From contig NC_017856.1 of assembly GCF_000260965.1 (NCBI RefSeq), positions 1,680,001-1,712,000 of the forward strand: a stretch of 32,000 bases of DNA. The letters run 5' to 3'. The notes under the pieces were generated by a model. That model worked only from the letters and a program-made list of their open reading frames with translations. It made no database searches and had not been told where the DNA came from. Origin of the DNA: Methylophaga frappieri (lineage in GTDB: Bacteria; Pseudomonadota; Gammaproteobacteria; Nitrosococcales; Methylophagaceae). Positions within the stretch are counted from its first letter, which is position 1; the number at the start of each line of letters is the position of its first letter. The position numbers and the translations under genes were made by a program. Shown one piece after another: positions 17,633 to 25,658 of the stretch.

Positions 17633-18343
17633 ATGTTTCGTAAAAAGACTCACCAACCCCCACAACTTTTCTTTGAAAACCAGCCGGTTTCGATTCGTCG
17701 TGACCGACGTCGAAAATCGGTAGCAATCAAAGTCACTGATAATAGGATCAGCTTACATTTACCCTGGCGTTGCCCATTATCCTTAGGAGAGAAGTTTCTT
17801 GAGCAAAAACAAGAGTGGCTGAAAAACTCGCTAAAAAAACAGCTCAATCAGCCGGTTCGTCGCTATAACAACAACTCACAGCAACCCTATTTAGGCCAGT
17901 CGTTACAATTACGCTTCAAGCCACAATTAACCTCATCCTTTATATTGAACGACGAACAAATACAGTTAAAACTGCCGACAGATTCAGATCAAAGGATCGC
18001 CAAAAATAAATTAAGCGAAGCTTATCAAACATTAGCCACAGATTATCTGCCACAACGCGGTTGGCAGATTGCCAAAAAAACCGGCCTCATGCCAGCCAGG
18101 TTTCGGGTACGTTATTACAAGTCACGATGGGGGAGTTGTCACGCTGGCGGCGAAATTCGGCTGAACTGGCAACTGGTTCAGGCACCGATTTCGGTTATCG
18201 ATTATGTCTTGATCCATGAGCTTTGCCATTTGCAAGAGATGAATCACAGCCCGGCATTCTGGCGATTAGTCGGGGAGCAGATGCCTGATTTTAAAATTCA
18301 GCGGCAATGGCTGAAGCAGCAGGGCCATACGTTACTGTTTTAA
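17633..18343 (+). CDS. DUF45 / M48-like zinc metallopeptidase (YgjP family)
   Basis: 236 aa with the C-terminal motif RWGSC...INLNW-like followed by HELCHLQEMNHSPAFW (HExxH). Confidence 0.75.
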   Translation: MFRKKTHQPPQLFFENQPVSIRRDRRRKSVAIKVTDNRISLHLPWRCPLSLGEKFLEQKQEWLKNSLKKQLNQPVRRYNNNSQQPYLGQSLQLRFKPQLTSSFILNDEQIQLKLPTDSDQRIAKNKLSEAYQTLATDYLPQRGWQIAKKTGLMPARFRVRYYKSRWGSCHAGGEIRLNWQLVQAPISVIDYVLIHELCHLQEMNHSPAFWRLVGEQMPDFKIQRQWLKQQGHTLLF

Positions 18344-18391
18344 CGGCCGGATTTACTTGTAATTTTCCCAAGATGAATTAACATATTGCAG

Positions 18392-18466
18392 TTGAATAAG
18401 GAACGCTGCGACAGACACCGATTCTGCTAGGCTTATTCAATGATGTAGCATAAAACGGCGTTCATT
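18392..18466 (+). promoter_or_regulatory. Putative SAH riboswitch aptamer (SAH_riboswitch class) in the metK leader
   Basis: The sequence is TTGAATAAGGAACGCTGCGAC..TAGGCTTATTCAA..AAAACGGCGTTCAT. From memory, the conserved SAH-element blocks are AGGAGCGCUGCGAC / CAGGCUCGG / AACGGCGCUCAC. Helix 18392-18400 pairs with 18432-18440 (9 bp). Pseudoknot helix GAACGC (18401-06) pairs with GCGTTC (18458-63). Where this sequence departs from the recalled consensus, the changes are compensatory (G to A paired with C to T). Confidence 0.6.
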
Positions 18467-18562
18467 ATTAACAGGTCACTGGTAGTAATGGGCATCGTCT
18501 CTGAACTTTTCTCACCATTCTGCTATCTGTACCTACCCGCCCCCTAACTAAGGATGCAGTCT

Positions 18563-19726
18563 ATGAGTCGTGCTTATCTCTTTACCTCTGAATCTGTTTC
18601 AGAAGGTCATCCAGATAAAGTCGCCGATCAAATTTCTGATGCCATACTTGATGCCATCATTACCCAGGACCCCAAAGCGCGTGTGGCTTGTGAAACGTTG
18701 ATAAAAACGGGGGTTGCCATTATTGCCGGTGAAATCACCACCGAAGCCTGGGTCGATATTGAAGACATCGTTCGCAAAACGATTAAAGACATTGGCTACA
18801 CTAGTTCTGATGTGGGTTTTGACGGTGAAACCTGTGGCGTCATGTCTGTCATTGGCAAACAATCGCCCGATATAAACATGGGCGTTGACCGCGGTAATGA
18901 AGACGAGCAAGGTGCTGGGGATCAGGGCCTGATGTTTGGCTATGCCAGTAATGAAACCGATGTATTAATGCCTGCGCCCATTACTTACGCGCATCGTCTC
19001 GTCAAACAACAATCGCAAGTTCGTCGCTCAGGGGAATTACCTTGGCTACGTCCAGATGCGAAAAGCCAGATTACTTTTGTTTATGAGAACGGTAAACCCG
19101 TTGGTGTTGATGCCGTCGTATTATCCACTCAACACAACCCAGACATCAGCCAGAAAGATCTGCACGAAGCGGTGATGGAACATATCATTAAACCCGTCTT
19201 ACCATCTGAATGGTTAACTTCGCAAACCGCATATCATATCAATCCGACTGGTCAGTTTATTATTGGCGGTCCGGTTGGCGACTGCGGTCTGACTGGAAGA
19301 AAAATTATTGTCGATACTTACGGTGGTATGGCACGTCATGGTGGTGGCGCCTTTTCAGGCAAAGATCCTTCCAAAGTTGATCGCAGTGCGGCGTACGCGG
19401 GTCGCTATGTCGCTAAAAATATCGTTGCCGCCGGCTTGGCTGAGCGTTGTGAAATTCAGATTTCTTATGCTATAGGCGTCGCTGAACCGACTTCGATCAG
19501 TATCGATACCTTTGGCACCGGCAAGATTGACGAAGCCAAATTAGTCCAGCTGGTACGTGAACATTTTGATTTGCGCCCGGTCGGCCTTATCAAGATGCTG
19601 GATCTGGTTAGACCGATTTATCAGGCCACAGCTGCTTACGGTCATTTTGGCCGTGAAGACGTGGCGTTCCCTTGGGAACAAACCAACCTTGCCCCACTGT
19701 TGCGCAATGCGGCTGGCCTCAAATAA
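18563..19726 (+). CDS. metK: S-adenosylmethionine synthase
   Basis: Collinear with E. coli MetK ([29 protein letters not shown]). I chose the ATG at 18563, which has AAGGA 8 nt upstream. The track ORF starts 3 codons earlier. Confidence 0.95.
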   Translation: MSRAYLFTSESVSEGHPDKVADQISDAILDAIITQDPKARVACETLIKTGVAIIAGEITTEAWVDIEDIVRKTIKDIGYTSSDVGFDGETCGVMSVIGKQSPDINMGVDRGNEDEQGAGDQGLMFGYASNETDVLMPAPITYAHRLVKQQSQVRRSGELPWLRPDAKSQITFVYENGKPVGVDAVVLSTQHNPDISQKDLHEAVMEHIIKPVLPSEWLTSQTAYHINPTGQFIIGGPVGDCGLTGRKIIVDTYGGMARHGGGAFSGKDPSKVDRSAAYAGRYVAKNIVAAGLAERCEIQISYAIGVAEPTSISIDTFGTGKIDEAKLVQLVREHFDLRPVGLIKMLDLVRPIYQATAAYGHFGREDVAFPWEQTNLAPLLRNAAGLK

Positions 19727-19747
19727 TTTATTAGGAAATTGAATACT

Positions 19748-21064
19748 ATGACCTCTCATGCTGCTGTCGAAAATCTGACTCCCGATTATAAAGTTGCTGA
19801 TATTAACTTGGCGAAATGGGGACATCAGGAAATTAAAATTGCGGAAAGTGAAATGCCTGGCCTGATGGCATTACGCGACGAATATCAAGGTCAAGCACCA
19901 TTACAAGGTGCCCGCATTGCAGGCTGTCTGCATATGACCATTCAAACTGCTGTACTCATTGAAACATTAGTCGAACTTGGCGCAGAGGTGCGTTGGTCAT
20001 CCTGTAATATTTTTTCGACTCAGGATCATGCTGCAGCGGCCATCGCCGATCAGGGAATTCCCGTATTTGCCTGGAAAGGTGAAACCGAAGAAGAAGCTGT
20101 TTGGTGTATTCGTCAAACGATTCTAGGCCCAGATGGCTGGCGGCCAAACATGATTCTCGACGATGGCGGGGATTTAACCCAACTGATGCATAGCGATTAC
20201 CCCGAATTACTGGAACAAGTGCGCGGACTATCAGAAGAAACCACCACCGGTGTGCATCGCCTTTATGAAATGATGCGCGACGGCAGTCTTAAAGTCCCGG
20301 CTATCAATGTGAACGACTCGGTTACCAAATCGAAATTTGATAATTTATATGGATGTCGTGAGTCCTTGCTGGATGGTATCAAGCGTGCAACCGACGTCAT
20401 GGTTGCCGGCAAAATCTGCGTCGTCTTAGGCTATGGTGACGTCGGTAAAGGTTGCGCTCAAGCTTTTCGCGGTATGGGAGCAACCGTTCTGGTAACTGAA
20501 ATTGATCCTATCTGCGCATTACAGGCCGCGATGGAAGGCTATCGCATCGTGACTCTTGAAGACGTTGCGGATAAAGCCGATATCTTTGTAACGGCAACTG
20601 GCAACATCAATGTGATCAATCATGAGCACATGACGGCTATGAAAAATGAAGCCATTGTCTGCAATATTGGTCATTTTGATAATGAAATCGATGTCGCTTC
20701 CCTACGCCAATACGAATGGGAAAATATCAAGCCTCAAGTTGATCACGTTATCTTCCCTGATGGCAAACGCATTATCTTATTGGCTGAGGGTCGTCTGGTT
20801 AATTTGGGCTGCGCTACGGGTCACCCCAGCTTTGTCATGTCTGCCTCATTCACTAATCAAGTGATGGCGCAAATCGAACTTTGGCAAAATCACCAGAACT
20901 ATGAAAATAAAGTCTATGTATTGCCAAAACGCCTTGATGAAAAAGTGGCAAAATTACATTTAACTCGTATTGGCGCCAAACTAACAGAAATGACCGAAGC
21001 GCAATCACAATACCTAGGATTACCGAAAACCGGTCCTTACAAACCAGAACACTATCGCTATTAA
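19748..21064 (+). CDS. ahcY: Adenosylhomocysteinase
   Basis: Motifs [45 protein letters not shown] site GYGDVGKG and C-terminal YRY are present. I chose the ATG at 19748 (SD AGGAA). It lies 21 nt after metK. Confidence 0.95.
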   Translation: MTSHAAVENLTPDYKVADINLAKWGHQEIKIAESEMPGLMALRDEYQGQAPLQGARIAGCLHMTIQTAVLIETLVELGAEVRWSSCNIFSTQDHAAAAIADQGIPVFAWKGETEEEAVWCIRQTILGPDGWRPNMILDDGGDLTQLMHSDYPELLEQVRGLSEETTTGVHRLYEMMRDGSLKVPAINVNDSVTKSKFDNLYGCRESLLDGIKRATDVMVAGKICVVLGYGDVGKGCAQAFRGMGATVLVTEIDPICALQAAMEGYRIVTLEDVADKADIFVTATGNINVINHEHMTAMKNEAIVCNIGHFDNEIDVASLRQYEWENIKPQVDHVIFPDGKRIILLAEGRLVNLGCATGHPSFVMSASFTNQVMAQIELWQNHQNYENKVYVLPKRLDEKVAKLHLTRIGAKLTEMTEAQSQYLGLPKTGPYKPEHYRY

Positions 21065-21073
21065 CCCTTAGCA

Positions 21074-21094
21074 GGGGAGCTGAACTTGCTCCCC
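21074..21094 (+). other. Hairpin between ahcY and metF (possible attenuator or processing site)
   Basis: ggggagc-tgaactt-gctcccc. A T5 run begins only 10 nt downstream, so this is not a classical terminator. Confidence 0.3.
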
Positions 21095-21120
21095 ACCAGC
21101 CTGTTTTTGCGAGGAAGAAA

Positions 21121-21975
21121 ATGGCTAAATCCCCTATTATCAGTTGCGAGTTTTTCCCTCCTAAAACAGAGAAAGGCGTCAACACATTTTTGCAGGTGGC
21201 AACAGAACTTGCCGAACTCCAACCGGCTTTTTATTCGGTCACGTTTGGCGCCGGTGGCTCGACACAACACAATACGCTTGATGCCGTGATTGCGATTCAG
21301 CAACGTGCCGCTACAACCGGCATAGATGCCGCGCCGCATCTCTCTTGCGTCGGTTCATCTCGCCAAGGGATTCGCCAGATTTTACAAACATTCATCGATA
21401 ACGACATTTCCAGACTGGTTGCCTTACGTGGTGACCTGCCGTCCGGGATGCGTGATCCGGGAGAGTTTCGCTATGCAAATGAGTTAGTAGAATTCATCCG
21501 TGCCGAAACGGGAGATCATTTTACGATTGAAGTTGCCGCTTATCCTGAGGTACACCCACAAGCGCCGAATGCCAACATTGATTTTGACAACTTCGTACGC
21601 AAAGTCGATGCAGGTGCCGATAGTGCCATTACCCAATATTTTTACAATATTGACGCGTATTTATATTTTGTCGATCGCTGTGAGCAGGCGGAACTGGATA
21701 TTCCCATCATTCCGGGCATCATGCCGATCAATAATTATTCCCAGTTAGCTCGCTTCTCCGCCGGCTGCGGAGCTGAAATTCCGCGCTGGTTGAGTAAGCG
21801 GCTTGAAGCATTTCATGACGACACGGCTTCATTGCAAGCTTTTACAACCGATTTCCTGACTGATTTTACCCAGCAATTGCTGGATCTGGATGTGCCAGGA
21901 CTACATTTTTACACAATGAACAAAACCCAGCCGGTATTAACGGTTTGTGAACGTCTGGGACTGCTTACGCCTTAA
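21121..21975 (+). CDS. metF: 5,10-methylenetetrahydrofolate reductase
   Basis: 284 aa with motifs SCEFFPPKT, SVTFGAGGST, LVALRGD and HFYTMN. SD GAGGAAG. Confidence 0.92.
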   Translation: MAKSPIISCEFFPPKTEKGVNTFLQVATELAELQPAFYSVTFGAGGSTQHNTLDAVIAIQQRAATTGIDAAPHLSCVGSSRQGIRQILQTFIDNDISRLVALRGDLPSGMRDPGEFRYANELVEFIRAETGDHFTIEVAAYPEVHPQAPNANIDFDNFVRKVDAGADSAITQYFYNIDAYLYFVDRCEQAELDIPIIPGIMPINNYSQLARFSAGCGAEIPRWLSKRLEAFHDDTASLQAFTTDFLTDFTQQLLDLDVPGLHFYTMNKTQPVLTVCERLGLLTP

Positions 21976-22050
21976 ATTAATGTGATCAATATCAGCAAAA
22001 CAAGCTGGTTACCTTATTTGCTGTGAAATTTTGATTTGTTGTATAGGCAA

Positions 22051-22066
22051 TGGCAGGAGCTTTGCG
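22051..22066 (+). promoter_or_regulatory. Sigma54-type -24/-12 promoter-like element upstream of rpoN
   Basis: TGGCAG-gagct-TTGCG matches TGGCAC-N5-TTGCW with correct GG/GC spacing. It points toward rpoN, whose GTG lies 43 nt downstream. This is a single motif match. Confidence 0.4.
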
Positions 22067-22108
22067 GTAACATTGACACATGGTCATAACAACTCGTCGC
22101 GCATTTAA

Positions 22109-23569
22109 GTGAAACCATCATTACAGCTACGTGTAGGCCAAAGCCTGTCGATGACGCCGCAGTTACAACAGGCCATTCGTCTGCTACAACTTTCTTCGTT
22201 AGAGCTTCAAGTAGAAATTCAGGAAGTTCTCGAAACGAATCCCCTGCTTGAAGTTGAAGAAGACTTTGATTTCGACGGTGAATCTGATGCGCCTGAAAAG
22301 CGCGATGAAGACCACGATAGTCGAGAAATCAGTGAACTCGAAAATCGTGATATTCCAGAAGAGTTACCTGTTGATAGTCAGTGGGATGATGTTTACGACC
22401 AGACAACCTATACAGCCTCAACCTCTGTAAACACCGCAGAATCAGATTTTGAGCGGGATGGTCACGATGAGAGTGGTGATACCCTGCAACAACATCTTCT
22501 GTGGCAGATGCGCCTGACGCCATTTACTGAAATTGAATATGCCATTGCGACGGCAATAATCGACTCCATTGAAGACGATGGCTACCTCAAATGCACGCTT
22601 GAAGACATTCAACTGACGCTGGGCGATGATTTTGAAGAAATCGAATTAGACGAAATCGAAACTGTCTTACATCGCATTCAACATTTTGATCCGGTCGGCG
22701 TCGGTGCCAGAGATCTGCGGGAATGCTTATTGATCCAACTTCGTCTGTTCGATGCAGATGCCGTCCAGCATCTGGATGTATTGACGGCGTTGATTGATCA
22801 ACATCTGGACACCTTGGCAAAACGTGATTATGTCGCAATCAAACGAGCCCTCAAAGTCAGTGATGACGAACTGACTGATCTGGTGCGTCAGATACAACTT
22901 TTGAACCCGCGGCCTGGCACATTAATCCAGCGGGACAATACCGAATATGTGGTACCAGATATTTATGCACGTAAATATCAAGGCCAGTGGCGTTTGTCTT
23001 TGAATCCTGACAATGCGCCAAAATTACAAATTGCCGACCATTATGCTCAATTAATTAATCGGGCAGATAACAGTGCCGAAAATACTTATCTGAAAAATAA
23101 CCTGCAGGAAGCGCGCTGGTTCCTGAAAAGTCTGCAAAGTCGCAATGAAACGCTACTCAAAGTAACGCAAGCCATCGTCGACAGACAACGCGATTTTCTG
23201 GATCACGGCGATGAAGCCATGAAGCCACTCGTGTTGGCAGACATTGCTGAAACGGTTGAAATGCATGAATCTACGATCTCGCGAGTCACAACCCGCAAAT
23301 ATCTACATACGCCCCGCGGTATTTTTGAGCTGAAATACTTTTTCTCCAGTCATGTCGGCACCGAAAGCGGCGGCGAATGTTCAGCAACGGCAATTCGAGC
23401 TATTATTAAAAAACTGGTCGCAGCCGAGAACCCAAGAAAACCGCTGAGCGACAGTAAAATTGCTGATATTCTCAAAGAACAGGGGATCAATGTTGCAAGA
23501 CGTACCATTGCTAAATACCGGGAAACCTTGTTTATCCCTCCGTCAAACGAGCGTAAGCGACTGGTGTAA
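22109..23569 (+). CDS. rpoN: RNA polymerase sigma-54 factor
   Basis: N-terminal region I (LSMTPQLQQAIRLLQLSSLELQ), an acidic region II, and a C-terminal HTH plus RpoN box (ARRTIAKYRE). GTG start. Confidence 0.95.
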   Translation: MKPSLQLRVGQSLSMTPQLQQAIRLLQLSSLELQVEIQEVLETNPLLEVEEDFDFDGESDAPEKRDEDHDSREISELENRDIPEELPVDSQWDDVYDQTTYTASTSVNTAESDFERDGHDESGDTLQQHLLWQMRLTPFTEIEYAIATAIIDSIEDDGYLKCTLEDIQLTLGDDFEEIELDEIETVLHRIQHFDPVGVGARDLRECLLIQLRLFDADAVQHLDVLTALIDQHLDTLAKRDYVAIKRALKVSDDELTDLVRQIQLLNPRPGTLIQRDNTEYVVPDIYARKYQGQWRLSLNPDNAPKLQIADHYAQLINRADNSAENTYLKNNLQEARWFLKSLQSRNETLLKVTQAIVDRQRDFLDHGDEAMKPLVLADIAETVEMHESTISRVTTRKYLHTPRGIFELKYFFSSHVGTESGGECSATAIRAIIKKLVAAENPRKPLSDSKIADILKEQGINVARRTIAKYRETLFIPPSNERKRLV

Positions 23570-23603
23570 ACCAGTTTTCATCCACCAACAGGAGTGAAGC
23601 ATT

Positions 23604-23930
23604 ATGCAATTAAACTTAAGCGGACAACATTTAGACATCACCGATAGTCTTCGTGATCACGTCAACAAAAAATTTGAAAAACTGACCCGTCATTTTGACC
23701 ATATGACCAACGTTCATGTGGTTTTGTCCGTCGAAAAAGAGCGACAAAAAGCCGAGGCGACGGTCCATGTCAGTGGCGCCGATCTGTTCGCTTCTGATGA
23801 GCAGGAAAACATGTACAGCGCAATTGAAAATCTGGTTGCCAAACTGGATCGCCAGATTATTAAACACAAAGATAAAATCACCAATCACCATCAAGCGGAT
23901 GGTGCCATGAAAAAACATAATGCGAGTTAA
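23604..23930 (+). CDS. hpf: Ribosome hibernation promoting factor (short HPF/YhbH type)
   Basis: 108 aa beginning MQLNLSGQHLDITDSLRDHVNKKFEKL. SD AGGAG. It occupies the conserved position after rpoN. Confidence 0.9.
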   Translation: MQLNLSGQHLDITDSLRDHVNKKFEKLTRHFDHMTNVHVVLSVEKERQKAEATVHVSGADLFASDEQENMYSAIENLVAKLDRQIIKHKDKITNHHQADGAMKKHNAS

Positions 23931-23940
23931 GGGCTGACTC

Positions 23941-24402
23941 ATGCTGATCGCTGCGCTGTTAGTCAATGCCGATAATATTAGTTATCAGGATGAAGCCACC
24001 AGTAAAAAAAGAGTACTGGAAAACCTCAGTCACTTGCTGGCGGCTAACAGCGAAGCGCTGTCTGCCGATAAAGTCTTTCAGGTACTGCTTGAACGGGAAC
24101 GTTTGGGCAGTACCGGACTCGGCAAAGGTATTGCGATCCCCCATGCCCGCGTTCCAGGTTTAACCCATACCATGGCAGCCATGCTCACCTTAAGTGAACC
24201 GGTAGATTTTGAATCTGCTGATGGACAGCCAGTTGATATCGCTTTTGGTCTGCTGGTACCAGAAGATGATTCAGAAAATCATCTACAGCATTTATCACGA
24301 TTGGTGAGTATATTTCGCGATGCCGATTGCTGCGGAAAAATTCGCCATGCAGGCAGTGCTGATGCGATATTTGAGTATTTATTGTCATTAGACGAAGATT
24401 AG
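23941..24402 (+). CDS. ptsN: PTS-Ntr EIIA (PtsN)
   Basis: 153 aa with an EIIA-Fru/Ntr fold signature, GSTGLGKGIAIPHAR, containing the phosphorylatable His. Confidence 0.9.
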   Translation: MLIAALLVNADNISYQDEATSKKRVLENLSHLLAANSEALSADKVFQVLLERERLGSTGLGKGIAIPHARVPGLTHTMAAMLTLSEPVDFESADGQPVDIAFGLLVPEDDSENHLQHLSRLVSIFRDADCCGKIRHAGSADAIFEYLLSLDED

Positions 24403-24406
24403 TCTC

Positions 24407-24889
24407 ATGAGCGCAAACATTACGCGCTATCAACATGGCGTAATGGTTGTCTGGCAACAGACTGGGTTGCTCATTACCGGCCAGCCAGGCGTTGGCAAAA
24501 GCAGTTTGGCGCTCGCCCTGATTGAACTTGGCGGACAATTAGTTGCTGACGATTGTATTGATATCGTGTCCGATAACGATTGGTTAACGGCACGTTGCCC
24601 ACCGAAAATTATCGGCCTGTTACATCATCGTGAACTCGGCTTACTGGATATTCGAGCTATGTTTGGCAGTGATGCGTTTTGTCCAGCTGCCAAGATTGAT
24701 GCTGTAATTTCATTATCATTGACACCGACAGCGTTGCTTGACGAGTCAGCAACTGTCGAAATGCTGGCAGGGAAAGCGCTACCAAAATTATCGCTAACTG
24801 TTAGCAATCCTCTCCCATTACCCTCAAGGGTTGCTTTATGGTTGAAGTCACGATCCAACCCAACGCCTGAAATCGCAGGCTCGGTTTAG
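24407..24889 (+). CDS. hprK: Short HPr kinase/phosphorylase homologue (C-terminal catalytic domain only)
   Basis: 160 aa. [40 protein letters not shown] aligns with B. subtilis HprK [51 protein letters not shown] aligns with LGIINVMTLFG. There is no room for an N-terminal domain, because ptsN ends 4 nt upstream. Confidence 0.8.
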   Translation: [160 protein letters not shown]

Positions 24890-24987
24890 TAATACAGCAA
24901 ACAAAAACAACACTGAAATTTGCGAAATACCCTGATATACATTACATTCAGGCCAATTACCCCGCTTTAGCACAGGTCCCCGCACTA

Positions 24988-25392
24988 ATGACGGTAGGCG
25001 TTTTAATCGTATCGCATAACCATATCGGTACGGAACTTATTAATACGGCAAGGCAAATGCTTTCATGTTGTCCGCTGCCAACCAAAGTCATCTCTATTGA
25101 AGTCAAAGACAATCCTGAGGCGATTCGTAAACAGCTAGATCAGGAGTTACTTGGACTAGATCAGGGACATGGTATTCTCATTTTGACAGATATGTTTGGC
25201 TCTACGCCAAGCAATATTGCGTGTGCTGTTTCAGATCGGAATGATATCCGCATTGTTTCCGGCTTGAATCTTCCCATGTTAATTCGCGTGCTCAATTACC
25301 CGGCACTGTCACTTGATGAGCTTGAAATAAAAGCCATCAGTGGCGGTCAGGAAGGCATTGTGCGTTGCCATCATTCGGGTTATTTATCATGA
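24988..25392 (+). CDS. PTS EIIA component, mannose/fructose family (EIIA-Man)
   Basis: 134 aa. N-terminal VGVLIVSHNHIG contains the active-site His. Motifs LTDMFGSTPSN and VSGLNLPML are present. Confidence 0.85.
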   Translation: MTVGVLIVSHNHIGTELINTARQMLSCCPLPTKVISIEVKDNPEAIRKQLDQELLGLDQGHGILILTDMFGSTPSNIACAVSDRNDIRIVSGLNLPMLIRVLNYPALSLDELEIKAISGGQEGIVRCHHSGYLS

Positions 25393-25658
25393 CTGAGCAA
25401 ACGTTTACCATCATTAACAAGCTTGGTTTGCATGCGCGCGCTGCCGCTAAGTTCGTCACCAAAGCGTCCGAGTTTAGTGCTGATATTCGGGTCAGACGAG
25501 ACAATCGGGAAGTCAACGGCAAAAGTATTATGGGTGTCATGATGCTGGCGGCGGCCAAAGGGACGCAAATTACGGTTGTTGCCGAAGGGGATGATGAAGA
25601 ACAGGCACTGCAAGACATTGGCATCTTGATTAACGATTATTTTGGAGAAGGCCAATGA
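25389..25658 (+). CDS. ptsH: Phosphocarrier protein HPr (His15 and Ser46 motifs both present)
   Basis: 89 aa with GLHARAA (His15) and NGKSIMGVMML (Ser46 region, as in HprK-regulated HPr). The ATG at 25389 overlaps the EIIA-Man stop (ATGA). The track ORF starts 8 codons upstream. Confidence 0.88.
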   Translation: MTEQTFTIINKLGLHARAAAKFVTKASEFSADIRVRRDNREVNGKSIMGVMMLAAAKGTQITVVAEGDDEEQALQDIGILINDYFGEGQ

